Assembly (NCBI GenBank): GCA_030141605.1
Contig: JAQGDQ010000331.1
Span: 186,001 to 250,000 of the forward strand
Direction: 5' to 3'
DNA: 64,000 bases
From: Tubiluchus corallicola
Taxonomy: Eukaryota > Animalia > Priapulida
Positions 1 through 14,000 of the stretch are shown here, piece by piece (within the stretch, counting starts at the first letter, position 1; the number at the start of each line of letters is the position of its first letter). The notes under the pieces were generated by a model. That model was not told the DNA's origin, made no database searches, and worked only from the letters and a program-made list of their open reading frames with translations. Both the position numbers and the translations under genes were made by a program.

Positions 1-3000
1 TATTACATTGTCATAATTCACAGCATATATAACAAAGTAATTAACAACAAAAAGAGACATCCAAAGTGGTTATGATAATAAAAAACAGTGCAAATGCTTT
101 TTATTTTATGACACATTTTCAAGAACACAATGAATAATGTTTGCTTTACCACCATGAGCTGAGTGCGTGTTTAAAACAAATACTGTTTTCTAATCACATC
201 AACTTTTTCACTTGTGATTTCAATTTAATAAATTATGTTGAATCTACAGGCTTTTCAGCTTGCTGTATACCATTGTATCTACTTAATAAAAATAAATACT
301 TATCGTTTATGTAGGCGATGCAGTAATTTCGTTCATATTAATTTTAAGTTAGTTATTCTAATTCCTGGCTGAATAATGGCAGATGTTTAGCTGCTGTTGC
401 TGTTACCAGCTGTATGCTTTGTCTAATTTGAAGACGCTAACCAGTCGGGTCGGTGGACATTAATTGATTCTATTGTCGTATAGTTCAGGTCAAAGGTTTG
501 CAATTAATACTCTGCGCATAGAATAGTAGTTCTTCTTTTCCAATGTTGAATGAAACACCATTGTCATCAAATCTAGGTTTATCTGTTTTCATAGACGATT
601 TGTACAGTTTATACGTGAGAAACTGCGACAATCATAGATTAAGCGAAAATTTTAAGTGTAAGACCTATTTACTACTAATTGACTTTTTCAGTGTAGTAAA
701 GTGATTGAGAACTGGTGAGCGATTAGAGCGCTTACAGATTAAAGCGATTTATATATCGTATTATTTGGTTTAAATTATTTTAATTGATGAACCAGCATGT
801 GGACCAATGTAGCATATCATTTTTTATACAAACAAGTTTTTAGAACGCAAAAAGAATAATAGCTTATAAAGCTATAGGTCGTTGAGCGCGTTAGTGCCCC
901 GTAATCTTCCGTTTGGCCATCATGTTGTTAAAAGACCAAACTTAAACAGACTCATGTCATGAGACTGGAGGTCAGAATTTCTTTGTTGGTGGTTTGTTTT
1001 TGTGCTAAGTTTCGCGACGGTCAAACTGTGCAAATGTTGATTGTACAAGGTTGTTTGTGTAAAGCACGCTAATGTCGCTGACTTAACGCAAATCGAAATC
1101 ATATACCTTGCAGTAAGATATGTTAGGTAAATATAGAACAGTGTTTTGACAGTAAGTACTTAAGCAGAATTTATAAAGCCAAGTTCCGCAACAATATCTA
1201 GAGTACTCGAAATCTGTAACAGATTTCGCCAAATTTGGTCCGAAATCACTAACTGAAATAGATCAGCTTCTTATTAAAAATTCGAAAAGTTAAAACCACG
1301 TTTTTGGAACAGACGCCATGGACAAAAATGTTTATTAGTTTATTGCTTTGTTGTATAATGCACTTTGTTCAAATTTCTATATTTATCTAGATCGGCATGC
1401 AATATTATGTAATATGATTGTACGCCTTTAAATTTTGACGCTAACATTTTTCTTGTTACACAACATTTTCTTAATTCTACCGTTGTAAACATTCTCCTTT
1501 AATATTGGAGGTATGACAGTATTTTGTTGATGTGTCTGCTTTTGACTAATTGATCAGTCAGCGTGCCAAAGTATGTTGACAACAAATATTGCAGTTTTAA
1601 GCCAGTCTTTTTGAGAAGGCCAATAAATATATAATAAGCAAAGTGACGAAACATTTTATAGCAGCTTTTAAAAATAAATTGTAAATAACAGTACATGTAT
1701 CCTCAGGATTCTGTAATTATTGTATCAAATTATTTAAGAAAATAAACACTTAATCAATGATACATTTTATCAGTCTCGTTTTTGTTAAGAAATGTATGCC
1801 CCTTAACTTACACGAAAATAGATTTGTGGTATCGCCAGCCTTCCGTGATAGTATAACCAGTTATGCAGTAATGACTTTTGATCAACAGATCCTTCGTAGT
1901 TTGTAAGACACTTACGTAAAGTAGATCTGTTAAGGTCTGGACCTGCTAATGTGCCACGAGTCAAGTGGGTTTTAAAGATCCTTACTATGTAATGTGCACA
2001 TCGCACTTGACCTGCTAATGTTTGATGATTATTTAACATTCTTACACACCTATTCCATCTTTCATCATTAAATTGTCTGAAGAAATTGGGTTTACAATAT
2101 GAATGTGTTTATTGTGGTAAAATTAATTTCTGTAAGTTTGAGAGGGTTGATCGACATTACGGAACTTACTGCTTGTAACAATCGTTGTTAATGTAATACT
2201 AGAGTCAAAATTAGATTCATTGGAAATAGTGTGTGAATGTTCAGTAATATAAAGTTAATACTAAATCAGTAATTAATCAATTTTAATTAAATTATCTTCA
2301 TTAGCAATACAAGCTCTTTATCTATCGTAAAATACTGTACGACACCCAGTGCTGCCTAAGCCTGCTTATATTCTAACTAGCAAAAGTTATTTAACATTCT
2401 ACACGGTAGATTATAATGATCAGGCCTGTTGTTACCCCTGAAGTTTAGAACTGCTGCTTTAACAGTAAACTGTAGTTAACATATTTGCTGTACAGAAAAC
2501 TTTTATTTAGGTCATTGCGTCAACACATACCAATTAACGATTATTTTTTCTAGAACATTTGGTCATTTAGTTGGTTGTGCTGTAGGTGTAATAACTGACT
2601 GTCTAGCGTTTGAAGTTTATTTAATTAATGGTTTTGAGTCATGCGGCATTTGTGTAATTGCGGTGTTGCGAGTTCAGAATAACATTTTGCTGACAGTCTT
2701 TGTTTTGTAATTATCAAAAAGTATACAGGAACTGTCAGTAAGTTGTTTTAGGTAGCTGTGCATAATCAGCAGTGTCTGAGGAAAATAGCTGTTTTAAGAA
2801 ATGTGCATAAAGAAAATACGCGAAAGAAAGCAGAGTAACCAACTATGAGAAGATCCGTAAAATGTTACTGCTTCGTGAAGACGATTTTGAATCATCGTGC
2901 TGTTAATGATACAATTATGATAAAACTAGCTGTTTAATCAGAATCTCGAAAGACATTGTATATGTAACTATCAGATTTAAATGAAATGTATATAATTATA

Positions 3001-3301
3001 TGTGTAAATGTATTCCAGTTCTAAGGTAAAACCGTTTAGGCCTATCCATGAAGACTAAATGAAGAATACAGCTGTTGTAATAAAACTATAGTTTAGTATG
3101 TAATTACGGTCATAGTTATTAAATTAATTCTTGTAGATAAGAATATTATGGGCCATCATATTACAGGTTTACTTTTATTACCTCAAGGGTCTTAACATTC
3201 CAAATATATATAAATCTGTATGTAACGTGTGAAAATTCTTTGGTACTCTATTTAGAGTACAATTTTGCATAGAATATTATTGAATGTTTTTATTTTTTCA
3301 G

Positions 3302-6300
3302 ACATTTAGACCAAAGAAGAAGTTTGAACCTGGAACTCTCAAATATTCATTACATAAGCAGGCGCAGGCATCGCTTAATTCAGGTTTAGATCTTCGCAAT
3401 GCAGTAGCATTACCACCTGGTGAAGATATTAATGATTGGGTAGCAGTACATGGTTAGTATGTATAATTTCTTAAACCATAAGTTATGTAAACATTGTAGG
3501 CTATTGCTGTGCGCATATATTATACATATATCATCTTACAAATATTTATGCTGTACTTGAACGAAATCCCGTAATTAGCATTCCATGTACTGAGCAAAGC
3601 TCATGGTGCCATTCGGTAAATAGCAATGCAGTAATGCCAAAGACCCCAACTTGGGCGTGAAGCCTGTCAGTATATGAAAGTATTTATTTGAATGTGCACG
3701 TCCAATATTTTGCTAACGAATTGCTTAATTCTCTTACATGTAGGACACTATATTGTTTACCACAATACTGCTATAGCTTAAATATTTGTTAACTTGGTTT
3801 ACAGTTAGACCAATATTTGAGCATGTCTTCTGTCAAGCCCGTAATGTAAGGCCTTCAACAATTAGGAAACTGTTTACACAGTTTTTTAGAAAGGGAAATC
3901 ATGCGTTATTGGTTTTGGGATGTTAATTTTGCACAGTTTGAAAGTTTAAATATTTTACAACTGTTATTGTTCTGTGCATCGATCGGTAAAGTGGGGTTAT
4001 GTATTTATAGATTTATAAGTTTCTCATTTCTAGTAGTGCTCTATAATGTACATTTTAAAAAGTTTACTGTTCATTTGAACCTGTCAAATATATTTTAGAA
4101 AGTATAGATTGCTAAATACTGATGTTAAAGGAAATTTTTTACTTAAAAAACTGATGGCGTACTTTGAAAGTACTATACCTAGCGTTCAGAAAGTATATTG
4201 ACCCTTAAACAATTAAGTTTACCGTCTTGCCGAATAGCAGCCTCTTCTCTAATGAAATGTCCTGTTAATTTCTATCTTACTGTATGTTATATATAGCCTT
4301 TTCTTATTTTCTCCTGCACTTTGTGGTGATATTTTATCATTTTTATATACTATTTTTTATTGTTGAATGTTTAAGGGCAATTCATGTAGATCATATGAGT
4401 ATAATGTTGGACTATTTTATATGTTTCAGTGGTAGACTTTTTTAATAGGATAAATCTACTTTATGGCACTATATGTGACTCGTGTACAGAACAAACTTGT
4501 CCGACAATGTCAGGTGGACCCAAGTAAGATATTTATGTGGTTTAGCTCAAATAATATCACAGTGGTTACAAGTGATCTTAATTTTCCTTTTGTAAATTAT
4601 TGTACTTATAATTTCTAAAATATATTGAATTTTTTTTAAGTTCTTTTTCACGAATGGTGCAATTCAATTTCAGTAACAAACATTTCAATAACAAACTTTG
4701 CAGTTGCACTTTGTTTTCTGTAGATATGAATATCATTGGGCGGATGGCCATAAATATAAAAAGCCAACAGCCTTACCCGCTCCGCAATACATAGGCCTAC
4801 TCATGGATTGGGTGGAAAGTCAAATTAATAATGAAGATATATTTCCAGTCAAAATTGGTATGTTTCTTTAGAGGCCTAGGCCTCTGCTACTAAATTAAAA
4901 AGCTGTGATATGTAAAAAAAATGCAGCGCTTGGAAATTAGTGGTGTCTTCAGTTTAAAACTACGTAATAATAATTTATTGATTTACTTAATATAAAACTA
5001 ATTGTCATTTGTTTTGCAATACTTTTTTTGCCATTGTACTGCTCTAACTAGTGATAATATCTGCTTATTTACTGATAAGTTGGTATTATTATTTTTCTTA
5101 TTGCGCAAGAGAATTTGTAAAAAGCAGTAGACTTAGATTGCTTAAATTATTTTGGCTTGTGAGATTTTTATCGCCCACTTTCTTCATTTCCGTGTTGAAT
5201 TTCAAAGCCAGAATTCAAAAACCCTGGGGTGAAAAGAGGTGACTGACATTAGTTTCCCTGTATATTACACGTCAGTTATTCTGCATTAAGTAATTTAGTA
5301 ACCTTACAGTAATGCATCATTTTTGAATTTCAGATGTTCCTTTTCCGAAAAGTTTTATGCCAACATGCAAAAAGATCTTAACACGTTTATTTCGGGTTTT
5401 TGTACATGTCTATATTCACCACTTTGATAGATTAGTAGCAATAGGAGCGGTAAGTTTACTAGCTTCATCCCGTTTGCTGCTGTTCAATAAAAATGTTTTG
5501 CCTTCTTAAGAAGCAGTGACTTCTACGTAATATGTTTGGTGTTGACAAATGTGGCAAAAATTCTGCCTTCACGTAGCACCACTTGAACTTGGGTTTTCTT
5601 GCTTATAAAAAAGATATAACAGTACTGCCACTGAGCCGGTAGTAGTAGTAGCTATAATGTAATGACACTGCAGAGCACGAAACTTTCTAGATTAATCTCA
5701 TTTATATGTAGATGAAATTTGTACTTGAATTTTTTGCTTCAGAAACGAATTAAGAGATTAAAACAGTAAGAATTGGAATGGCTTTTGTGACATGGTTAAC
5801 ACCCTGAAAACATCTTTTCTACAAAAACAGCCATTTTTGTCATATGAAGGCAGAAATTTTTGATAGCCTATTCAAAATGTGGCAACAAATCACCTTTTTT
5901 TGTCAAGTGATTAAAATGTATTAAAAGTTCATTTGTGACAAAGAACTTAAATTTTCTTTTGTACTTTATTGTAGTCCAGGAGTCTATAACAGGTTGACTA
6001 ATGAGTATTGGAGCCAGTTGTTTTCACCAGGCAGTACTTTAACTATCTAGTAACTTATGATTTAGTTCTAACAGGTCTGTTTATGAATCTTGGGGAAAAA
6101 CTAGGGGCACGGTTTTCTTTAAATAGGCGCTTTTTAATGTTTAGTCTGGAGTGAGGTAACTCACTTAGCTTACCATGTTTTTGTAGAAATGGACACGTGA
6201 CATACTATTGTTTTGGAAAAGGTGATTTATTAACTCTGTTGTTTTTTCAGGAAGCTCATATTAACACGTGTTATAAGCATTTTTATTACTTTGTAAATGA

Positions 6301-6839
6301 ATTTGGTCTCGTGGAGCGCCGAGAATTGGAACCATTGGTAAAGAAACTTTTCTCTGAATTTTCGCATTTGCTTAAATGATAACACTGGTAGTATCTCAAT
6401 AACAAGTACAGTCTAGTCTGAATAAAATTTAATTTGGTTACCTTGATCAAGCTTATAATTTAATTACCTATGAAACTCACAATGTCTTTTTGAAGTCCCA
6501 TTAATACATTTTCATGTAAATTAGCACCATGGCATGATTATGTAATGCATTGCTCATCATAAAGTGAAGTTCATAAATTGCATTCCACTTCCAGATTTTG
6601 ACCACATTATCGTTAAAATGTACCATTACATATTGTCACGGGCCATGAACCCATGTATTGTTTAGAAAAACTATGTGTATAAAAACTGCAACATTTATGG
6701 ACATTTATTATTGCCCTTTTTAAACTATCTTAAACTCACTTTTTTGTAAATCTCTCACTGTTAACAGCAAGTAAATTCACACCATCTAAGATTTTTTCTT
6801 ATTTTGCAGAAAGAGATGACAGAGAAAATTTGCCATTAA
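3302..6839 (+). CDS. MOB3: MOB kinase activator 3 (MOB3), spliced; N-terminal codons not located
   Basis: Six phase-compatible GT-AG exons: 3302-3452, 4430-4523, 4724-4857, 5334-5449, 6251-6337, 6810-6839. They translate to [90 protein letters not shown]...[68 protein letters not shown], [13 protein letters not shown] and the terminal ...CH* match the MOB3 subfamily rather than MOB1. Confidence 0.95.
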
Positions 6840-9800
6840 CATAATGACTGAAAATTTGTAGAGTTGTGGATTTTATGGCATGTGTCTCAATGATTGGTGG
6901 AACAAAGTAGTTACTACTGGTTTGTGTAATGCTTTTCAATTTCCATTCAGCTTCAGGAAATTCTAAGTGGAATTGAGTAGAAGTGTAGCTGTTTTCAATT
7001 CAGCCTACTTTTATTGAGAGAAAACAGAGATAAAGTAAGCATTGCATTGCACAGAAACAATATATTGCAATAGATTACAAAAACATGTACTGTTGTCTCT
7101 TATGCAATCTTAAAAAAGTATTTAGGATCTGAATTGTATGTCGCATTACAAATTTATCACCTTTTTATGTACCTAAAATGTATTAATTCTGCTGCTGTAT
7201 ACATCTTTATATAGGAGTGATTTTTCACAAGTCACATATCAGTGAAAAGTTTTAATCTCATGTTTTTTCATTTATTAAAGTCTTTTTAATTGAGCCACTG
7301 GAAAATTTAAACAACCTGTCTCCATTTTGAACCTTATTTTGTCCCTGCTCTTTATTTGCAAAACTTAACGTCAATTCTAAAACTTTCCGCATCAAAGCTA
7401 TAGGACTTTATTCTCTACCAAACAGCTAGCTTTCACTATTATGCAAATACTGGCTGCCAAGTAGTATCAAATTCTATTAGTCTCTATTTCCTCTTTTAAT
7501 GGATTAAGTACAGCAATATGAAACTACGTGGATACCTATACATGTATGTGCCATTTTTCTTTGCACAGCATACTAATGTCAATTTAATCCATTATGTGAA
7601 AAATATTTTTGTGGGGCATTAGTTAATAAAAGCAACATTTTTTACCACAGCCCTTAAGAAACAAAAGCAAGTTTCTAAGTGTTTCTTTATTTAACACCTC
7701 CAGTTCACTTAACAAATGGATTATTGTTGACTTCTGTGACACCACTTACTAAAAAGATTTCTAATTATGGTTACAATGCATGGTCATTTCATACTGTCCC
7801 AACATGTTATCATTTTATCAGTTTGTATAATGTTTGAATATTCAGGCCAAATTCATTTACATTTAATTTTTATAATGTTTCAATTTCAAGAAGTAAGCAA
7901 CTAGAATGTGTATGCATGTACACAACAGTAAAAATTGGAAAAACTAGTTTCTTAGATTGATGATTAAATTCATGACTTTTGTCCAGTTTGATTATCTCAG
8001 ATACGCAAGAAACACCGTCCAGCAAATTCTTCACAATTGATTACAATTACATGTTAATACATATATAGTATGCTTAATTCTGGTTGTTTCAAATTTTCTG
8101 TTGACTGGTATCAGATCTCAAGTCTTGATGGGCTCACTAAATTCGTGTAACAGAGACGTACAGAATGTGGATTTGCAAAGTCAAAATATGTAAACTTTTT
8201 GCAGATTTGCGGAATCCTTCCCTTTGCTGAGATGCCGAGTTGTATTTTTTAACAATAATAGAAATGTGGAGTTTACTCATGCTCTTTGTGATGAGGTTAG
8301 CATTGTTGTCTATTTGTTGAAAATTAATTAGTTTGGGTTTGACCTTTCCTCGTAAAACTAGTCCTCATATACTAAAATGTACAACATTGTACAGTGTTCA
8401 CAGAATTTGCAGTAATAAAAGTAATTAGGCGGCAGTCAGTAAAGTACTTGCATAATTATTAAAGTGACTTGTAAAAATACACAGGTTACTCTAATCATTT
8501 TTTGTTTATCATGGTTTTAGTTGAACAAAATCCAACGATACACAATTTTAATAGACAAGTTATGTTTAAATTAAATATTAAAGCTTAAGTTTACACAGTT
8601 AAATAATTGGATTAGTGGATTATGTGGACAATGTAGAGGCCCCTGAGGTTCTTCGTGCCTGAAATCCGCTTCTGCTAAGTTTAGTAAAAATGCCATCTTG
8701 TATTGCTTCGCGGATTTTGCTGATTCAACCACTCGTGAGTCTGCACATCTCTGTTGCAGTTTTTCTTGTCTCCATAGGCACAAAAAACAAAAGCTTTAAT
8801 CATGTGTAAATTTTTTAAACTTTTTGATCTTATTCTTATCTTATCTATCAGACAGTGCTAGTCAGTTGCTAGCTATTTTATTTATATAAAATGTACTTCC
8901 TTTTAGGCACAGTGTTGTTTCACAAACTTGCACTTTTTTACTAATATAAGATAAACTGTATTTGAATTTTAATACGCTACATGAGGTACATTTTGTATCG
9001 TATCAGTGGGACTCATTTTACACTGGTAGTGCTATGGTGCATATGTATAAAAGTAGAATTTTTGTTGAAGCCAAAGTTTTGGAATAAATATACTGTAAAT
9101 ACTGATATTTTGCTATTTCATGTTGTAGAATGTTTTATTTGTATGATAGTCTTTATTTGTAATATTATGTTCTGGCCTTCCTTTCTGCGATAGACTGAGA
9201 ATTTTATTTAAATGACCATTTTTATGATTGCTAATTAACATTAGATATCATTAAATGTCAATGCAATTTTAATGGGACTTTAAATGCTTTACTGCTTTTA
9301 CTGAAGTGCAAGAGAGTACCAACTTATTCATTTTATTAGAAATGTGTAACAACATGCAGTTTATAGTAATATAAATTTTTTTATGAAAAAAACTAATGTT
9401 ATGTATTTTAAAAAGGATGCAAAATAAATAAAAAGTTTGGCCCCATGGTACAATCATACAGTAGCAACAAGTCGAGAAAAAAGTGATTTGGAACATGGCA
9501 TCTCTAAATGAATTACTGTAGCTACAGGTTGTTTTTTGTTGCAAGGCAGCCTCAGCACAGACATGTTTAGTAATATACATGACGTTATTATGTAATGTAC
9601 ACTCAATAACTGCATCTGAATTGCTGTAAATCATGTTGACTATTATTTTTTTATAAAGCTGCTATTAAATACATGTAGTAAGCTCCAATTGAGCAATTTT
9701 TATTGTACTGATTAGTTAAATCTGTACAATAAAAATGGCTGCTTTTGGAGCTCAGTGCTAGCTTAGCAGCTAGCAGTTTAGGACACACATGGCAGAGTGC

Positions 9801-9947
9801 AATGCTTTGTCTGTTCAAATACACAAATATATATCCAGTGTAAAATGCTAAAACAGCTACTACATTATTCCCAATTATTATCAAAAAGATCTTCATATAA
9901 AAGCATGACTTTAGTGAATTACAGAAGGGGGTTCCTTGATTGAAAGA

Positions 9948-10085
9948 TTGTTCACTATGTGCCAGACAGCCTGCAATCACAAGACTCTGCTATGGCTTGA
10001 GGCATGATTATACAATCAAATATTTTGTTCACTATGTGCCAGACAGCCTGTAATCATCAAGACCTTGTTATGGCTTGAGCCATGA
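9948..10085. repeat. Two-copy direct repeat of about 60 bp, period 77 bp
   Basis: ttgttcactatgtgccagacagcctg(c/t)aatca...tatggcttgag(g/c)catga starts at 9948 and again at 10025. Confidence 0.85.
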
Positions 10086-10360
10086 GTCGAGCTGCTATGC
10101 TTGTGGGCAGATAAGCAGTGTAAGTCTGTGTAAAATTGGCATTTTTTTATAAACAGTTGCATAATTTATAAAAGTTAGGGTTTATATTTTGCCTAAATTT
10201 CGTGTCATGTTGTTTATTAACTTTTTTGTTTTTTTATTAACAGTTCATTTTCCTTGTTTTCGGGAAGTTTACAAGTCTTTTTGTCCATACACTAGCTGGT
10301 GCACAAAATTGCTCCCAACTGTACAAAAACAAACAATATTCAAAAGTAAAAATGGGTCCA

Positions 10361-10440
10361 TGTACTGTACATATAAGAAAAAAACTTTTTATTAAACCAT
10401 TAAATCTCTTGTACAGCAGTGCATTTGTCTTTTGTTGTTA
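10361..10440 (+). promoter_or_regulatory. Candidate polyadenylation site of a long MOB3 3'UTR
   Basis: Two TGTA elements, ATTAAA at 10391 and 10399, then a GT/T-rich downstream element (ttgtcttttgttgtt). Inference only. Confidence 0.3.
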
Positions 10441-10919
10441 GGCTTTTTTAATGTTTGTTTTTTATTGTGAATATTTGAATCGGAAGTTGTGAAGATCTGA
10501 ATCTGAATGGAAATTGTAAACACCTGAAATGAAATTTTGAACATTTGAATTTGCTTTGAGAACAATTGAAGGTGAAAAGGTGTAGTTTATTCTCAAACTT
10601 AACCAGAATATTTTTGTAAGCTGCAAAACCTGCCCTATTGTGTCACAACAGTAAACATTAATAGGGGTTTTGTGAGTGCAGTATTAACTTAACCAATGTA
10701 AGATTCAGGCTGGGGGATTCAGAAGTGCGGGATCAATTAAAAAATTTGTTAGTGGGGCTCTCTAGTCTACAAAAGCTGAAGATTGATGTTTTATGCTTTG
10801 TGTAGTACACCAGTCTCAGCCAAAAAGCATTAATAGCCACACCATGATATATTAAAAATTGAAAGTCCATATGCAAGTTTTAATGTTTTGTTGCAAGTCA
10901 AGATACTGTGTGCACAGAC

Positions 10920-12078
10920 CTTCCAAAAACAGACTTTTCTGGCTGTTTTGTAACAAATTTTTTTCAAAATCATTTCAAAGTCAGTTGTTTTTTTTAATGT
11001 TATTGTGCATAGATAGCATCACCAAATTACAATGTGCGTTCCAGAAGATATGAAAATTTTTTAGGAGAGGCATTTCAGAAAAGAACAAAATTCTAGTCTC
11101 CTTCAAAATGGGATCCTCCGAATTGGATGCACTTGTTGTAGCGCTCAAAGCACTTCTTGAAGACCCCTGGTAGAGAATTTGTCCATGTTTGTCACAGCCT
11201 TCTTCATCTCTATGTTGGGAAATAACCAAGAGTTACAGGGAGCAAGATCTGGACTGTAGGGAGGGTGGGGTGCAGTCCTGATGCTCATACCTGTCAAGTA
11301 GTTGGTTACAAGGATGCAGTTGTGGGCTGTTGCATTGTCCTGATGCAGGTGCCACCAACCCAATCTTGCACACTGTGCATTTTCAATCCTTCATGAATAA
11401 TTCGGTGTACAGTTGCCACATCCACTCCAAAAGGAACACTTATTGTCCGAATCAATATACGACGGTTTTCGTTTACAAAATTGTGGATATCCTCTACCAG
11501 CTCTGGCGTTCTGACTTCCTTCTCCCTTTTAGACCTCTCCTCATTCCTGACCTCATCTCTGTCTTCACAGAACCATACTGCCAGCAAAAAACAGATGACA
11601 GACTCATACAAGATAATCCATCTTTGGTTTATCATGGTAGTTTTCATCATTTTGTAAGTCTGTGTAACATTTTTGCCCAGCTTAACACAAAATTTTACAG
11701 TGTCGCGAGCTTCTAAACTGTCTTCACGTCCTGACTGCATTTTACGAAAATGTTATCTGTGACAAGCGGCATGTAGTAGGGTGTGTTTGAATTGCTCTAA
11801 CAGCCGATTCATTCAACAGGGAAGGATGAAATTTGGCATGTTAATTCATTTAGATGTCTAGTAATGACATACTGAAGTGGCAATAATCTAGAGCAATTAA
11901 AAATGCCTCTCCTAAAAAATTCTCAAAACTTCTGGAACATACTAAGTGTTTAGTCTCTTGTGAAATTGTTGAGCGTAAGTAGGTTTTAATCAGTTTTAGT
12001 TTTGAAAAACTTCTGTCATCTGATGTGTCTGGCCTTAATTTGAACAAATCTGCCTAATAGGCTCAAAACCGGCCCTAT
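10920..12078 (-). mobile_element. hAT transposon remnant (C-terminal dimerisation domain), interrupted by a mariner
   Basis: Minus strand 12047-11947 reads DRSFSKLKLIKTYLRSTISQE, resembling the hAT ERSFSKLKLIKTYLRSTMSQERL motif. It resumes below 11029 as NLVMLSMHNNI..., the expected continuation. A hAT-like end (aaaccggccct) lies near 12070. Boundaries approximate. Confidence 0.7.
11030..11946 (-). mobile_element. Internally deleted, degenerate mariner (Tc1/mariner) element with TIRs
   Basis: Minus-strand fragments EARDTVKFCVKLGKNVTQTYKMMK (HTH region) and WHLHQDNATAH...PHPPYSPDLAPCNSWLFP (mariner HDNA and YSPDLAP motifs), frameshifted. TIRs of about 45 bp: ttccagaagatatgaaaattttttaggagaggcatt (11039-11074) versus aatgcctctcctaaaaaattctcaaaacttctggaa (11902-11937). 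TA at the left border (11028-11029). Confidence 0.9.
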
Positions 12079-13261
12079 AAAGATTGATATATGTTTTCGT
12101 GAATACACTTCATATCGTTACATATTTTGGTACTAATACACAATCATATTAAACATATTAATCATATTAGCTTATATTATACAACAGATTAAAATATTTA
12201 TTAATTATCACAAATGATGGAAGTGATTTTTAGTCTTAATTATATACAGGTATAAATATTAAACAAATATATTTCTGTATAAGCATACACCTCGAGTAAT
12301 AGGTCAATTTAGTTGCCAAAAAAGAGATCTATCTATCTACTGCAATTAATTGACTAGTTATTTCATTACCATAATTGTTCCCTGCATGTCTGAACTACAT
12401 ATATTGTTAAATGAAAAGAAACTGCCAACTAAGTACAGAAAGATGAAATACTCGCTATGACACTTGTTAGTAGTGAATCAATACTTTTAGAATACTATCA
12501 TATTACATAGCTGACAAAATGATAGTGCAATGAATACAGTGGTAGATTTTATTAGATCAGATGTGTTTTCACTCACTCTTTCAAAGAAAACATGAGTAGA
12601 TATTTATATGTAAAAAAAGATGGAATAAAAAAGAAAATAATTCCATTTACATTGCCATATGGAATACTAAAGAAAATATCCCTATAAATAAAAATCGTGT
12701 AGGCTTCTAGTAGGCATACTAAGCAAGCACACGGGCAAAAAATAAAAGTTTTACAATGTGGTCAAACCTGGTAGGCATCAGAGGTGCAAGCTAAATTAAT
12801 CACAGTAGTTTTTTATGATATCTTTGTTTTAAAATCACTATCACATGTTTAATTTATTTTATACGAAATACTGCTTCATCGTAAGAATAACTGCAGATAC
12901 AGGTTTCTCGAGTTCCTTAAATCTCATAGCTTATGGTCTAAGAGGACTTTTTGGGCCTGCAAAACACAAATAATAAGCAGCTTAGTTCACATTGAAATGA
13001 TAAAAACCAAGGTAAGTAAAAGCATAATATTATTACCACTTGGCACTCACTGCTGAACTGCCAAAATACAATACCTAGTAAGCAAAATGAAGAGGACTGG
13101 TGATGCTTCTATGATTCTATCCGACCTGTCAACGCAGGGCAAAACAAAAGATTTTTCTTACAGTAGCTTATGGAGTAAAAAAATAATGAAGCTCAAGCAA
13201 CATATCAATCACATTCTCCAGGTATATCTATTTATTTACGAATACACACATATATATATAA

Positions 13262-14000
13262 TGAGCTATTTCTCAGCGTCTACTAAACTATTTGTGACAA
13301 ATTATGTTTCCCACGGTCCCATAGAGGGTTCATTTTTTATCCGGGCCATCCAGGAGGACTTGGGGTGGGAAAAGAGCCACTAAAATGACTCTTTTTTGGC
13401 CATTTTTTGTTTTCTTTGCAAAACTTATAAAAGTTTGGGTGCTACAGTCAACCTTGGATATAAGGGACACCTCGGGACCGGAAAAAACCATCCCTTATAG
13501 CCAAAGTTGAGTCAGACCGATGGTGTATCCAGACCAGTACTTTTCTGCACTTACCCATATTTTTATGGATTATTGCTGCACATTCAGTGCAAACGGTATG
13601 TAGTGAGTGATGAGAGTGATGTATATGACCGCGGAAACCGAGCCGTTCGAAGGCCGTTTGCGAAAAATTGTGGTTAAAAATGGATCAATTCTGCTTTGAT
13701 CATAGGGTCCCTTATATGCGAGGTAATTTACCTAGGTTTCTATTACGCGGGACCTGAAGATATTGCTTATAATCGCTCAGAAGTATCCCTTATAACTGAA
13801 AGTCCCTTATATCCGAGTTTCTGTACTCTCATACATATTGACATCATATGTATATAAGCATTTTCTGAACTCAACCCCCAAATTTTCTCAAAAAATGTGC
13901 AAACGGCTTCCAGACAAAATCGATTTTTGAAACTGTTTGTGCATCTTGAAAAAAATAAGCCAACTTTTCAAACGACGAAACGATCTGTACAGTTTGAATG
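13262..14000 (+). repeat. Copy of a dispersed repeat family (related to 14600-15210 and 34470-34690), interrupted by a MITE
   Basis: Shares the block gggttcattttt...ccaggaggacttgggg...aaaatgactcttttttggccatttttt...tgcaaaacttata with the other two copies. Boundaries approximate. Confidence 0.45.
13445..13823. mobile_element. Tc1/pogo(Tigger)-type MITE, 379 bp
   Basis: TA|cagtcaaccttggatataagggac ... gtcccttatatccgagtttctg|TA: imperfect TIRs, TA duplication at 13443-13444 and 13824-13825, and internal repeats of the tcccttata motif. Confidence 0.8.

Noticed and set aside
8149-8756. Possible MITE with cagagacgtacaga / tctgcacatctctg ends
   Set aside because: TIR is short and imperfect with no TSD; too weak to call.
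9948-10085. CRISPR-like repeat-spacer appearance
   Set aside because: Only two units, eukaryotic context, no cas genes.
12880-13125. Minus-strand exon-like pieces as terminal exons of the orphan gene
   Set aside because: Splice sites are plausible, but several alternative joins give different short tails and none can be preferred from sequence alone.
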